DNA of 64,000 nt from an uncultured Acidimicrobiales bacterium (GTDB lineage Bacteria; Actinomycetota; Acidimicrobiia; Acidimicrobiales; SZUA-35), in NCBI GenBank assembly GCA_938002965.1, contig CALKZY010000017.1, positions 19,443 to 83,442 of the forward strand, written 5' to 3'. A program made the translations under genes and the position numbers. Shown here one piece after another: positions 62,984 through 64,000 of this stretch; the first letter of the stretch is position 1, and every line of letters starts with the position of its first letter. The notes below the pieces were generated by a model that saw nothing but the letters and a program-made list of their open reading frames with translations, was not told where the DNA came from and did no database searches.

Positions 62984-63805
62984 ATGCAGGAGATCGCGGA
63001 CTACAAGATCATTCACCAGTTGGGCGAAGGCAGCCAGGGCCAATACTGGCTAGCCGAGACACCGCCGCGCTTGGGCGTCGCCGATCCACAAGTAGCGGTG
63101 AAGACAATCATCCACGCCGCCAGCGATGCTGAGTTTGACCGGCTTTCTGAGCACCTCCGGGCCTACGCCTCGGTTCGATCACCCTACCTTCACGAGATCT
63201 TTGACATCGGCCAACAGGGCTCAGTTGTGTACCTGGCCGGCCGTTTCGAAACCGGAGGCACCTTGACCAGGCCAGCCCGGCCGTCATCAAGAGTTGATGT
63301 GCTGAGGGCCGTGGCAGGAGCCGCCCGAGGCGCCCACGCCCTCCATGAGGTAGGCATTCCCCACCGCTCCATCCGGCCAGGAAACATCGTTCTCAGTGAT
63401 GATCGGTCCAGGCTAAGCGACGTCGGGATCTCTCAACTTCTCAGCCCGGGCCAAACGGTCACCGGAGCCGCCCAGATGGGTGCCATTGACTACTTGGCAC
63501 CCGAAGTTGTTCAGGGCCAGCCGGCCTCGAGGGCAACTGACATCTGGGCCTTGGGTGCCACCCTTCACAAGACACTCACCGGTTTCTCAATCTTCCCGGA
63601 TATCCCGAGCGGATCCTTGGTAGACGCCCTTCGGTTCCTACTCACCGAGCAACCGGTTATGGGAGACGCTCTGCGCAACGGCGAGCGTCGCATCATCGAA
63701 TCGACGGTCCAGCCGGACCCAGCAGATCGACCGTCAACAGCGCTTGAGGTGGCGGAAGCCATCGACGATGAGGCCAACCGCCAGCAGGGAGGACCTCGAT
63801 CATGA
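62984..63805 (+). CDS. Ser/Thr kinase-like protein, predicted pseudokinase or atypical kinase
   Basis: The kinase fold is recognisable (LGEGSQGQYW, VAVK, APE). The catalytic loop reads HRSIRPGN instead of HRDLKPxN, and DFG is DVG. Confidence 0.8.
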   Translation: MQEIADYKIIHQLGEGSQGQYWLAETPPRLGVADPQVAVKTIIHAASDAEFDRLSEHLRAYASVRSPYLHEIFDIGQQGSVVYLAGRFETGGTLTRPARPSSRVDVLRAVAGAARGAHALHEVGIPHRSIRPGNIVLSDDRSRLSDVGISQLLSPGQTVTGAAQMGAIDYLAPEVVQGQPASRATDIWALGATLHKTLTGFSIFPDIPSGSLVDALRFLLTEQPVMGDALRNGERRIIESTVQPDPADRPSTALEVAEAIDDEANRQQGGPRS

Positions 63806-64000
63806 CCGACATCGATCTTCGTGGTGGCCAGATCCACCGTGGCCTCGGCATCGTGGCCCGTTGGCCCGATATCGCAATCGTCATCCCAAGTGACCCTTCT
63901 CACGACGCCGTCGTGGATGAGATGCTGGTCAACCTGGAACCTAATCCAGCCTCTCAGACCGTCATTCGGGCAATCAACGAGTTGTTGTCGAGCAATCGGC
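63802..64000 (+). CDS. hypothetical protein (5' partial, runs off window)
   Basis: The ATG at 63802 overlaps the kinase-like stop as ATGA. The frame is open to the window end (MTDIDLRGGQIHRGLGIVARWPDIAIVIPSDPSHDAVVDEML...). Confidence 0.4.
   Translation, partial: MTDIDLRGGQIHRGLGIVARWPDIAIVIPSDPSHDAVVDEMLVNLEPNPASQTVIRAINELLSSNR

Overview
High-GC, densely coding chromosomal segment with actinobacterial-type gene content and synteny (DUF3039, mazG, eno-ftsB, DUF501-ppx, korAB). A deep-branching, Acidimicrobiia-like lineage is my inference only. I support about 60 protein genes, one tRNA-Leu(UAA), and no rRNA, CRISPR array, transposase or integrase. Most genes are housekeeping: galE, ribokinase plus nucleoside hydrolase, ung, tdk, trkAH, hbd, enoyl-CoA hydratase, maf, ppx, eno, korAB and an aminotransferase. 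Points worth a second look: (1) Two selenoprotein genes are truncated in the ORF track. One is a Bcp-type peroxiredoxin with in-frame TGA at the peroxidatic Cys position (4629-4631). The other is selD with in-frame TGA at the Cys17-equivalent position (28493-28495). Each TGA is followed by a hairpin. (2) A two-gene module encodes a BON/OmpA-like envelope protein and a 718-aa membrane-anchored protein. The latter carries about 20 tandem 17-residue (51-nt) repeats and two C-terminal copies of a Lys-rich tract plus helix-hairpin-helix-like module. This is my best candidate for an undescribed system. (3) A form-II CoxL-type molybdenum hydroxylase cluster (coxS-coxM-split xdhC-coxL, then GH13, mocA and a TM-anchored coxG) sits with a second BON/OmpA paralog. 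Together they interrupt the conserved eno-ftsB / DUF501-ppx neighbourhood. (4) Several short phased repeats and palindromes lie in intergenic regions, including a triple GGCGTC-N6-GACGCC unit inside the cox cluster, three TGAAAC repeats at 11-bp phasing, and 16-bp and 12-bp direct repeats. (5) Also present are an AT-richer islet with a TTA-containing pentapeptide-repeat gene beside tRNA-Leu(UAA), a predicted pseudokinase (HRS/DVG) coupled to a downstream ORF, and a Vps62-like membrane protein. All functional calls come from motif recognition by eye and from memory of protein families. No searches were run.
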